64,000 bases of DNA from an uncultured virus (IMG/VR IMGVR_UViG_3300002162_000001). Its lineage: Duplodnaviria > Heunggongvirae > Uroviricota > Caudoviricetes. Below are positions 20,783 through 31,146 of this stretch, one piece after another. The number at the start of each line of letters is the position of its first letter. The first letter of the stretch is position 1. The position numbers were made by a program, and so were the translations under genes. The stretch lies in IMG/VR virus record IMGVR_UViG_3300002162_000001, positions 1-64,000 of that record; one strand, 5' to 3'. The notes below the pieces were generated by a model. That model saw only the letters and a list, made by a program, of their open reading frames with translations. It made no database searches and had not been told where the DNA came from.

Positions 20783-22414
20783 TTAACGAAAGAACTCTAA
20801 ATGATTTTCTATAATAGTATCCTTAATAATAATTTGTCTTGCTGTCTTTCCCATAAAGTTAGATATTCCTGGAGTACCTACTACATTAATAGTTTTGTAA
20901 ATTCCAGTACCACACTTCAATCTCTCACTGAGATCACTGTTCCATTGGATAAACTCAATCGAATCTGCTACGAATTTTGAATGTACTTTTTTCATTGTGG
21001 TAATTCCGGTAGCTTCTAATCCTTCTATTACAATATTTATTGGTGAAAAGCCTTTGCCTGAGATCATATTTATGAACTCAATCTTTTTAATCAATGGCAT
21101 TGTTAGCTCTTTTGGTTTTAAGATCATATCAGCATTACTTGTTATTGTCAGCTCTGTACCCTCTAGTTGTTTATTTAAAGTAGTTATTAATTCACTCCAT
21201 TTAGATTCATATAGCGATATACCTGCTGCTCCAGGATGGCCTTCACAGAAAATAACAAGTTTAGTATCAGATACAAACTCTTTAAAGTCAGGAATTCCAT
21301 TTCCACGAATACTTCCTTTGAGGACTCCTTCCTTCTCAGTAGGATGAACTATTATAACCAAGCAATCATACTTTGCTGATAAAACATTTCCTACAAGGCC
21401 TGTAATATCTGCTTCCATTGCACCATCTCTATTAGATATTAAAAATCCCATAACTTTATCATTTATCATATTTTTTTCTTTAATTTCGATTTCTAATTCC
21501 TCTACTAATCTTTCCTTTTGGATATTTTGAATTTCTTTCAATTCTGTAAGTTCTACTATTATTTTTTTTACTTTTTTCTTATCATCCTCTAATAACAACT
21601 GTGCTGATAATTCTCCATGTTTAGTACGGACACCGGCATTAATCATTGGTGCTATAGAAAATGAAATACAAGTCCCATTGAATGTGTATTTACCTACCAG
21701 CTCTTTAAGTCCTGGATTAATTAGATGACTAAATCCCATTGAACAAATATATCTGTTTTCTGGACTGTCTTCTGATACATCTTGCATATCTCCTATAATT
21801 CCTGATGCAGCTAAGTCATAAAACTCTTCAGCTCCCGTAGTACCTTGTAAGAAATCTAAATACTTAATAAATTTAAAGGTTACACCGGAACCAGCAAGTG
21901 CAGGATTTTTATATCCGTTTAACTGTGAGTTTACAATTATTGCAGTTCCTTTCTTTTTTATAGGATGATGATCTAATACTATAACTTGAATACCATTGTC
22001 AATTAAGTATTTCTGTTCAGCACAACTATCACTAGATGAATCTACAGCAATTACTAATTGGTATTTTCCAATATAAGAAGGTAAGTCTTTCATATTTAAT
22101 CCATGTTTTTTACCTACGTTAATTGACCATGTAACTCTATTGGTAAAACCAGTTAGGTATCTATAAAGCATACTGTTTGAAGCTACACCGTCTAAATCTA
22201 CATCTGCAAGAATATGAATATACCATCCCTCTTCGATTGCCTTGAGAACTAAGTCAGCAGCTTCTTTAATATCAGACAAATCCTCATAGGGTAACATATC
22301 AGATTCTAAAGGTTGAAGGAAATGGACTGGATCTTTTATGTTCCTTCCCTCTAAAAGTAGTTGAATAAGATTTCCCTTCGGACTAGGATTTATTATCTGC
22401 CAATCCTTTTTCAT
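20783..22414 (-). CDS. recJ: RecJ-like DHH ssDNA exonuclease
   Basis: 'DVDLDG', 'LDHH', 'LAGSGV', 'GSIR', 'GHPGAAG'. Confidence 0.92.
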   Translation of the reverse strand: MKKDWQIINPSPKGNLIQLLLEGRNIKDPVHFLQPLESDMLPYEDLSDIKEAADLVLKAIEEGWYIHILADVDLDGVASNSMLYRYLTGFTNRVTWSINVGKKHGLNMKDLPSYIGKYQLVIAVDSSSDSCAEQKYLIDNGIQVIVLDHHPIKKKGTAIIVNSQLNGYKNPALAGSGVTFKFIKYLDFLQGTTGAEEFYDLAASGIIGDMQDVSEDSPENRYICSMGFSHLINPGLKELVGKYTFNGTCISFSIAPMINAGVRTKHGELSAQLLLEDDKKKVKKIIVELTELKEIQNIQKERLVEELEIEIKEKNMINDKVMGFLISNRDGAMEADITGLVGNVLSAKYDCLVIIVHPTEKEGVLKGSIRGNGIPDFKEFVSDTKLVIFCEGHPGAAGISLYESKWSELITTLNKQLEGTELTITSNADMILKPKELTMPLIKKIEFINMISGKGFSPINIVIEGLEATGITTMKKVHSKFVADSIEFIQWNSDLSERLKCGTGIYKTINVVGTPGISNFMGKTARQIIIKDTIIENHLEFFR

Positions 22415-23157
22415 ATGTTCACCATCTTTATGATATTATTTAATATAGGTATATCTTTAATGGCATAATCTCCATGTAATTCGATTTCCTTCTTTTTTCT
22501 CCATTCAATTGCATCTTCTTTATTTTTAAAGAATTTATGTAGCCTGTCCCCTCTTGTCATTATACTAGAATGCCACTCTTGACTTTTCTTATCCCAACTA
22601 ACTCCTTTTGTTCCACTTGAATTATTTTTAGGAGTTATTGAGTTCATTTCGTTTTGACTATCTGTTACAATTCTAAGTTTATCTTTTCTATTATCGTAAG
22701 TAATATGATATATATGGTCTACATCACATTCTTGTTTTGCATTCATTACTAATCTGTGCATCTTTATTGTCTTATTGCCATTCCTAGCCTTTACATACAT
22801 ATTTTTATCATAGCCCCAACAATAACCTTTTATTTTATCATAATCCTCCAAATCAAAATAAAAAGGTTGATTCTTGAGAGTATATCCAATTCCATAGGTT
22901 CCATCTAAATCATATTTATTTTGTTTAGATGACATTTTACCTATAGCTGAACATATTTCTCTTCTGGCACATCCACAACTTGTTGTATTACCTGATTTTA
23001 AGCTATTCCTTATGATTATAATATTCTTCGTCCCACAATCACAATTGCAATACCATTGAGGAGTTATATGTCCAAGTGGGGCAACATAGTTTTCTGCTCT
23101 ACCTATTACAACTAATTTCCCAAATCTTTTCCCAGTTAAGTCTATAAATTTACCCAT
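22411..23157 (-). CDS. HNH homing endonuclease, paralogue of 12102-12824
   Basis: Shared 'YGIGYTLK.QPFYFDLEDYDKIK.YCWGYD', HNH and 'SGTKGV' segments. Confidence 0.85.
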   Translation of the reverse strand: MGKFIDLTGKRFGKLVVIGRAENYVAPLGHITPQWYCNCDCGTKNIIIIRNSLKSGNTTSCGCARREICSAIGKMSSKQNKYDLDGTYGIGYTLKNQPFYFDLEDYDKIKGYCWGYDKNMYVKARNGNKTIKMHRLVMNAKQECDVDHIYHITYDNRKDKLRIVTDSQNEMNSITPKNNSSGTKGVSWDKKSQEWHSSIMTRGDRLHKFFKNKEDAIEWRKKKEIELHGDYAIKDIPILNNIIKMVNI

Positions 23158-23489
23158 TATCTATTCCCTCTCTTCCTTTTTATTTTCATAAGTTGATTTA
23201 AACCAATCTAGGCAGAAGATATCACAGAAATTGTTCTCGCCACTACTGACTTGATTATTAGGATTTAGTTTCTTACCACACATAGAACATTTCTTTTTAC
23301 TTAATTTTGTCATAATATTTCTCCATTCACTTTTTCAGCTTCTTCGTACCATTTACTTACGCCTTGCTTGAAAGTCTCACATTGTCCACTAGCGTTAATT
23401 TCAATTCTTTCTTCATTAATATTTTTAGTACAATTATCTTCCCAATAATTTTCGCATGAGCTATTTGTACACATCATATTAATTGCCAT

Positions 23490-26400
23490 TTACTCTACCT
23501 CCTCGAAATATTTTTCTTTAAATTCCTTCGATAACCACCTTTTAAAAGTTTCATCATCTATTATCCATCCTACAAATCCGTTATATCTAGTGTATTTATT
23601 ATCCACAGGATTAAAGCAATACTCCTTACCAACCGTAAATAATACTTCTAAATCAACGGTGTCATTAATTGTGTCTTTGCCTTTTAATATCATAATTTCT
23701 CCTTTCCTTTATCTCGTTTGAGATATTCATTTTGTTTGTAAAACTGCGTCTGTAATTTATCAACTTCTTTTAGAAACACAGCTTCCATATTTTCTAAACA
23801 AGTATCATTCTTTAAAAGATTGTCTTTACATTTTTTATATATTTCCATGTGATCGTTTGCTACTTTTAGTTCGTGTGTAAGTATTTCAAGAATATCTTCA
23901 CATTGACGGATCTGTTGTCTTTTATGATATGATTCAAACATCTTTACCCTCTCCCTTCGTAATAGAATAGCTGTTTTAAATCTTAAAATAATTCTGATAG
24001 AAAGTAGGTCTTCTGCTTACTCTTTCTTTTTGGGTTGGACATTCATATCTTGTAAAAGTTTCAAATTCATAAGGATCAATCATATTCCTTCTACTATCAA
24101 CATCCTTAATTGTAAAATTACTTTTTTCATATTCATCTCTTTCAAGACATATTTGGCGATTTAAAACTTTTATGTCTTCTCTATAATGCTCTTTCATTTT
24201 TGATAGTTTTTCTTCTAACGATTTAATTGTTGTTCTCTGTATTTCAACTGTTGGGCATTTATCACATCTATTGAAAAACATTTACAACCTCTCCTTTCAT
24301 AATTCTAATAAATTCATCTTTTTAAATTAATTTATTTTCGTTAATATAAGGAGCTATCCCTAAAAATTTACTCTCTATTTTTTTATCACATAATAAATCA
24401 CATAAAGCCATCATATACTCACAGACACACCTTAATTCATCTTTTAGTTCTTCTTTGCTTAATTTATTTTCTTTATATAATACATTTCCTATATATCCAT
24501 CTATATCATTTTTTAATCTTTGTACTTTATTAGCATCCATAAACTAATCCCCACTTTCTTTTAAATTTCTATAATCATCAACTTCATTTTCTAAACCATA
24601 TATAAAATCTTTTAAAGTGTCTTCTCCTTCACTAAATCCAGAATTAATTTCAAATCCATTATCAAAAATACTGAAGAAAATTAACTTATTACCCGATATA
24701 GATTTTTCACGTACTGCCTCAATATCACAATCTTTATACTTCACTTTCATATTTTATTACTCCATTCATTATTGAAAAAGTTATATCCAAGTTGACAAGG
24801 TACATTTTTTTCTTTGTCTATTGGACATTCTTTACAATCTCCATCGCCACACGTAATATTGCTTAATTTATCCCATGCTTTTATTAATTCATCATAAGCT
24901 TTTATAAATTCTTGCTTAACTTCCTCCTTCATATTTCTTCTCCTTTCATATAAAATATCTTTTTTAATATACGATATTATTTAGTATCTAAATACTCCTT
25001 TCTATCTATGGACTATAGTATAAATATCAATTATTTTACTGGTTCCATTGTTATAAATAATTCTACCTTGATTGACTCTTAGTTCAGGATCATCCTCTAC
25101 AACTATAACTTTTATACCCTTCAAAGGATTTATGTCCATCCCGTCATCTACATTACTTCTAATAATTGTTTGTGACATAACCATAAATCCTTCCTTAAAT
25201 ACTTCCATTCTTATAGCTATTGGAGGCATATCATTTAGAATCTTCATAGTCCTTTCAAACTCTTTCATGGTAAATACCGAAACAGCTGATGTATATGTTT
25301 TATGATTACCACCATATAATGCAGTTTCTAACTCATCCCTTATTCTGGCATCTATCTTTTCAGTTGCTAATTTAAAAGCTTTATCGGCTTGTTCATTTAG
25401 CATGGCCTCATTTCCACCATTAACGAAATGGTTATAGACATGATCTGAGATACTTTTGTTGAATGCTGACATCATTGAGTCTACAAAATCTTGATACATT
25501 ACTTTTCTCCTCTCATATAAAATCCTAATTTTAAGTTAATACCAATCAGGAGTTTCTCTACAATAGTCCTCATTTGTTTTGGTAATAACTTCACCACATT
25601 TCTCACAAAAGAATCTATAGGTTTTGGTGTATTGAGTCCAACACCCTTTATATATTTCATTTCTCTTTGCATCCATATAGACTAGTTTATGTTCATCTTC
25701 CTTACACATTTAAATCCTCCTCTGGTAATATTCCAAACTCTAAAACCTTTTTCTTAAATACATCTCCACCCTGAGAAACTAAATCAGAAATCTCTTTATC
25801 TGATAATCCTTTAGCTTCCAGTTCCCTAAATACTTCCTCAGCTTCAGTATGTAAATCAACTACCTCTTCAACAATTTCATTTGCATACCATTGATCTATA
25901 GTTTTAGAAACTCCATCACTCATAATATTTAAAGTAATTAATGCTGAATCCTTGTCTATCTGTTTTACAATTCCCTTTGTACCTTTTACTGTTACGTTAT
26001 CATTAACTTTCATTTACTTTTCCTCCTTATATAATACTATTTAATATCGGTTTTATTTATAAAATCAAATACAAATTCTTTGGGTTCTAATTGAATAATT
26101 TTTGCCTTTACCTTCATATTTATTGTATCTAGCTCAAATTGCAAATGATCATTTACTTGCATTGCTGCACAAACTGTAACCAATGAATCTAACAAATTAT
26201 TTGCTTCACCTTCAGATAAATTTAATTTAATTGTTTTATCAATTTCCTTTTCTAGCTGAACATAAACTGATTTATGACAGAATATTTCTTTATCTTTCAA
26301 ATCATCCCAGTTTCTAATTTTAGTTAAGTGATATCTTTCTTTTGCGAAATATTCCATGCTTGCATACCACATTGGAAAATACTTAAATTCGTGGAATATA

Positions 26401-26546
26401 ACTATAGTGTCTTCCTTTTGTATTCCGTTTTCCTGCATTGGCCTAACTACGTCTCCTACAAAGTAATCCATTCCTTCATATCTAAAAGCTTTAATTCCTA
26501 TATCTCCGTAGCTATATCCGTTTGAACTGATTAATTTTCCTTTCAT
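23490..26546 (-). other. Array of small hypothetical genes (23490-23693, 23690-23941, 23976-24281, 24322-24540, 24544-24750, 24747-24932, 25002-25499, 25702-26013, 26037-26546)
   Basis: Co-oriented short ORFs with RBSs. Confidence 0.6.
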
Positions 26547-26596
26547 AATATAAATCTCTCCTCTATTTTTATTATTTACATTTTAAAACCCTTGTT

Positions 26597-28435
26597 TTAT
26601 AAGACTCCTTGACCTAATCCTAGTAAAATATCCTGCATAACTTTATCTTTATTTTTATGTCCCTCACATAACAGATAAGATTGTTCTACTAGATTATCTA
26701 AATTAGTTAGAATAAATTTATAGTCCTTAATAGTAATTTCGGAATTAAGACTTTCTTCTATATCCGTTAAGTCAATGATACTTCTGTCGATATAAGTCTT
26801 CTTATCTCCGAGATTTCTTAATACAGTTATACTTTCTTCAATAATTTCATTGGATACATTTAAGGATTCTATCTTTACTGTTTTTGTAACCATTAAATCA
26901 CCTATAGCAAATATGTTATGATTAAATCCTAATATCCTACTTATTAATTCTAGCAGCATCAAAGCTCTTTGCTCTTTTATACTTAATTCCGTCATAGTTA
27001 AATACCCAGTGATCTCAACATCCTCTAATAATTCAGAAATATGAATTACCTTGTCTGATTCTTTCATAGCCTTTAGTATTTGATCTTCAACCTTGTTCCT
27101 TGATATTATTAATTTTAGTCCGTAATATTTCAGCATATTAAATTTAAATTCATATGTTTCAATTTCTCCAAAAGACATCCAGAAGACAGGTTCCTCGTTA
27201 TTTATAATTATCTCTCCTATTTTTTCCTCTGTTTCCTTCTCTTTAATTTCAGGTCTTTCGGTATATCCTTCAGAATATGAGCTAGATCCGCTATGAGTAA
27301 TAATTCCTTTTGCATCAGGGAAGGTGGTGACAACATCCTCTTTTATCTCAATTTCTTCAAAATGACTTTCAGATTGAACTTCACTTTCTTTTTCTAAATA
27401 TAACCGGAAATCTTTATAGTTACTAATGTTCTTATCTTTACTTTTAGCTAAGGCAATTTTTTCAAAGTATTTAAAATCTTTTTCATCTTGCCCTTTTAGT
27501 GTCAAAAATCTTATTTTGTTTTTAACGTTCTGTTTATCTACGTAATATCCTACTGCATTAGCAAACTCTTCTACTTCCTGTTCATCGCCTTCTAGCAACG
27601 CCTCTTCACATAATTTTTTAGCGTAATTCTGTATTTTCTTATAAAAGCTAGAATATTTACCATCCTTGATAATATCTTTTCTGTCTGGTGAGGTTAAGGA
27701 TAATGTCTTATCTCCAACATGTATATCTCCTTTAAGATAAGGACTATTTTCTAATTTCTTAACTAATCTACCTTTATAAAATATGTTTAAATTATCGCTA
27801 TACCAATAGTTACTTCCCAATGCTATCCAACCTTGAATATCATCTTCTTCAATTTTTAATTGGAAATAACTATTGTCTCCTTCAGTTAAATCTTTCTTTT
27901 CTTGTAAAGCGCCATTATAATAAACATTTAAGTCCTGTACGTATCGTCCTAATTGTTCAACCCTTTCTCCAATGTCATAACTAGAAGCTGTATCAAAATT
28001 GAATTTATTCAAAACTAGTTTAAATCCTGGATAAGATTCTTCTAACTCTTCAATTTTTATTTCAGTATTATTGGTATCTATCATATTATCTACATCAAAG
28101 ACTAAGTGTTTATTCCCACTGAAGACTTCAATTAAACTACTAATTGTAATATTACTGAAGAAACCCATTCCAAAGGGATTTTCAGTTTCTTTTGTTTCAT
28201 TATCCCATCCACTTTCTGCTATAGAAAATAGTGCTTGTGGGTTATCTAATATTGCTCCATCATTTTCTATAGTCACGCTATTCCTATTTACTGTAATATA
28301 AACGTTTGTTGCCTTAGCTCTTTGTGCATTCTGTATATCCTCATCTAAAAAGCAAAGGACATCCTTGAAAGTTGATTGCCTTAATAACCTTAATTGATTA
28401 ATTATGTTTACTTTTAATTCTACCTTTTCTTCCAT
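26597..28435 (-). CDS. GHKL (HSP90/MORC-like) ATPase-domain protein
   Basis: 'DEDIQNAQRA' (ExxxN), 'IENDG', 'NPFGMGFFS' (GxG). Confidence 0.8.
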   Translation of the reverse strand: MEEKVELKVNIINQLRLLRQSTFKDVLCFLDEDIQNAQRAKATNVYITVNRNSVTIENDGAILDNPQALFSIAESGWDNETKETENPFGMGFFSNITISSLIEVFSGNKHLVFDVDNMIDTNNTEIKIEELEESYPGFKLVLNKFNFDTASSYDIGERVEQLGRYVQDLNVYYNGALQEKKDLTEGDNSYFQLKIEEDDIQGWIALGSNYWYSDNLNIFYKGRLVKKLENSPYLKGDIHVGDKTLSLTSPDRKDIIKDGKYSSFYKKIQNYAKKLCEEALLEGDEQEVEEFANAVGYYVDKQNVKNKIRFLTLKGQDEKDFKYFEKIALAKSKDKNISNYKDFRLYLEKESEVQSESHFEEIEIKEDVVTTFPDAKGIITHSGSSSYSEGYTERPEIKEKETEEKIGEIIINNEEPVFWMSFGEIETYEFKFNMLKYYGLKLIISRNKVEDQILKAMKESDKVIHISELLEDVEITGYLTMTELSIKEQRALMLLELISRILGFNHNIFAIGDLMVTKTVKIESLNVSNEIIEESITVLRNLGDKKTYIDRSIIDLTDIEESLNSEITIKDYKFILTNLDNLVEQSYLLCEGHKNKDKVMQDILLGLGQGVL

Positions 28436-28668
28436 GTTTATCTCTCCTTCAAATTTATTATAATATTATTTAATATTAACTTGTTCGATTTTACTTTCTT
28501 CTGCTTCAAAGAACTTTATGATTTTTCTTGTCTCTTGGTATATTTCTCTTTCGGTCTTTTCTGTTAAGACTCTCCTACCTTCTCGCTGACAATAAGCTGA
28601 GAACAATTCTTTAACCACTTCGCTTCTTTTCATTTACTAACTCCTTTCTGTTTTCCTTCGATATTTAT

Positions 28669-28697
28669 ACTATACTACAATACTATTTATTATGCAA
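28669..28697 (-). promoter_or_regulatory. SigmaA promoter with motif A as spacer
   Basis: TTGCAT-aataaatagtattgtag-TATAGT. Confidence 0.8.
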
Positions 28698-29099
28698 TAG
28701 CTAAATACAATTTATTTACAGAAACCTAAATCTATTTCCCAGAATCCAATATTAATTACTATAGCATATGTTCCGCAGCAACTATTATTCTCAATTTTCA
28801 ATCTGATCCCCAATACAAAATCTTTGCTACTCCAATTATTTATAAATTCACAAAATGGATCAAAATTATATTTACCCATGTTTTCACCTCATTTCTTCTA
28901 TTAAAATTTCTCTTTTATATGAGAGACTTCCTTTGTTCTTTTAAATCCAAGGCATAATTTACAATTGAATATCCATCTTTATCTTTAGCATATTCCCATT
29001 CTCCTACGGATTTTAAATATTCCTTGGCTTCTACATATGTCATTCTTACCTCTTTTTCATAATCACTTGCCATATAGTTCTCACTTCCTTTCAATACAT

Positions 29100-29240
29100 A
29101 AATTTTCATACTATTTCATATGAATTTTGTTTACTTTCCTAAATATGTATGCTAAAATCAATTTATAGTTCAGTATTTTTCATATCCTTTCATATTATAG
29201 AGTATATCACGATATGAAAATTTTCACAATAGTATGAAAC
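29100..29240. repeat. Candidate parC centromere/operator iterons
   Basis: About six TTTCATA/TATGAAA copies in direct and inverted orientation upstream of parM. Confidence 0.5.
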
Positions 29241-29261
29241 AAATATAAGGAGGTCATATTA

Positions 29262-30230
29262 ATGCAAATTCAAGATTTATTAAAAACTACTAGGCCAAAA
29301 GTAATAGCTGGTGACGATAATGGTTACTATGGTACTAAAATATCTACAAAAGATAAAACAATTTACATACGTAGCAAATACGAAAAGTCAAATGACATTT
29401 TGAATAAGGATGACACTTATCGGTTGAACTTTAATGGTATTGATTACATCGTAGGCCAAGGAGCTGAAATTAGTTCGATAGATTATGACAAGACAGCTAA
29501 TGAGTTATATAAGATAATTACTGTAGCCGGTCTATCAATGCTATCAGATTTTACTGGTACTGATTTCTACCTTGTGTCATCTTATCCTCTTTCAATTTAT
29601 AATCAGAATAAAGATCACTTTGCTGCATATCTAAAAGGAGTAGGAATATTTGAAACTACACTGGATGATATACCCAAGAAATTTAACATAGTAAAATCAG
29701 TGACTTTCCCACAGGCTGTAGCACACGCATATAATCATTTAGATTTATTTCAGGATAATATAAGAGGAATACTAGATTGGGGTGGTCTTACAATTAACGG
29801 TTGTGTCCTTGACGATATGAATATTGTTCCAGGTACATCCTTTACTGAAAACCTAGGAAGCATAATCCTAGAGAATGAAATCAAGAAGAAACTAGATACC
29901 AAATATAGTTTAAATCTCAAGGATTATGAAATTTCAAATATCATTAAGAATGGCTTAAAAGTTAATGGTGTCCTAATGACTACTTCCTGTGATATAATTA
30001 AATCAACTATAAGTGAGCACCTTGGAAAGATTATAAAGTCCATGAAGTCAAATAATTGGAATATAGAGTCGCTTGATTTATTTGCAACCGGAGGAACTAG
30101 TTTGACTTATAAAGATCAATTAAAGATTGCATTACCTCAAGTTATTATTTCAGATGATTGTATTAATGATGGATCTAAGGGATTACTCACTGTTGGTAAT
30201 TTAATATTTAAGGATGATATAAATGGATAA
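29262..30230 (+). CDS. parM: ParM/StbA-family actin-like ATPase
   Basis: Phosphate-1 'DDNGYYGTK', phosphate-2 'LDWGGLT', adenosine 'TGGTS'. Confidence 0.88.
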   Translation: MQIQDLLKTTRPKVIAGDDNGYYGTKISTKDKTIYIRSKYEKSNDILNKDDTYRLNFNGIDYIVGQGAEISSIDYDKTANELYKIITVAGLSMLSDFTGTDFYLVSSYPLSIYNQNKDHFAAYLKGVGIFETTLDDIPKKFNIVKSVTFPQAVAHAYNHLDLFQDNIRGILDWGGLTINGCVLDDMNIVPGTSFTENLGSIILENEIKKKLDTKYSLNLKDYEISNIIKNGLKVNGVLMTTSCDIIKSTISEHLGKIIKSMKSNNWNIESLDLFATGGTSLTYKDQLKIALPQVIISDDCINDGSKGLLTVGNLIFKDDING

Positions 30231-30498
30231 ATCCACTAGAAAAACATTTGATTTTAAACAATATATGGATGTGTTTGAAAAGCTTGATTCTAACCCTAAT
30301 ATGACAAAATATATCGTAGATTTAATTCGTGCTGATATGAAAAATGAAACTGGTAAAATTGATAAAGAAGAAGTATTTAAAATCATTGAGGAGTATCTAC
30401 AGATTAGAAATATTATCGTGACCGATAAGCCTGTGGAAATCATTGATGAGGATAAGTTAAAAACCTCAGCTCTCAAAATATTAAATATGAAGGTTTAA
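30223..30498 (+). CDS. ParR-like adaptor
   Basis: 91 aa overlapping the parM stop; RHH-like N-terminus 'RKTFDF...NMTKYIVDLIRAD'. Confidence 0.7.
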   Translation: MDKSTRKTFDFKQYMDVFEKLDSNPNMTKYIVDLIRADMKNETGKIDKEEVFKIIEEYLQIRNIIVTDKPVEIIDEDKLKTSALKILNMKV

Positions 30499-30528
30499 GA
30501 CAAGGATTTTACTCCCTGTCTTTTTTTT
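30498..30528 (+). terminator. Terminator between convergent parR and sleB-like genes
   Basis: GACAAGGA-TTTTAC-TCCCTGTC then T8. Confidence 0.6.
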
Positions 30529-31126
30529 ATTTCTCTTTATAAAATGTATGAGTACCTATTTTTGTTATTCTCACAACGTCCTTTATCCATGATGGGTTGC
30601 ATAAATGTAAATCTACAAAATATAATACTTCCTTTGATCGTAGATTACCGCTCAGTACATCAGTAGCAGCTTGAATACATTCCTTGCTAGGTTCAATATT
30701 GAATAACCTTCCTTGAGTTCCAGCAAATTGATACTTTTCAAATATGATAGTTTTCATAGATTTGTTATAAACTCTCATTCTATTTATTACTACTGAACCT
30801 ACCCATAACTTTCCTTCATAGGATTCTGATAGGCTCTCAGCTTGTATAAGTCTTGCCAGTAGAGCCACCTCAGAAGAGTTTAGAGATATAGGTGTGATTG
30901 TATTAGCTAATTTTACAACAGGCACAGAGGTTGCAGGAACAGGTATTATAACTTCCTCTTCCTTTATGACTGGTTTAGCCATTAAAATTGATAATGTCTT
31001 TGTTGGTTTATAAATTAATTGTCGCTCTTTGACTGTTTGAATTGGATAAGTCAAGAACATAACTTCAGCCAAAGCTATAGTGACAATCAATATGAACTTC
31101 TTTGGCATACTTTCACGTCCTTTCAT
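30527..31126 (-). CDS. SleB/CwlJ-type cell wall hydrolase (Hydrolase_2) with N-terminal anchor
   Basis: 'LLARLIQAES..ES.EGK..VGSVVINR', 'YQF', 'IGTHTFY'; hydrophobic N-terminus. Confidence 0.88.
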   Translation of the reverse strand: MKGRESMPKKFILIVTIALAEVMFLTYPIQTVKERQLIYKPTKTLSILMAKPVIKEEEVIIPVPATSVPVVKLANTITPISLNSSEVALLARLIQAESLSESYEGKLWVGSVVINRMRVYNKSMKTIIFEKYQFAGTQGRLFNIEPSKECIQAATDVLSGNLRSKEVLYFVDLHLCNPSWIKDVVRITKIGTHTFYKEK

Positions 31127-31146
31127 TTGTTTTGTTACAATACTAT

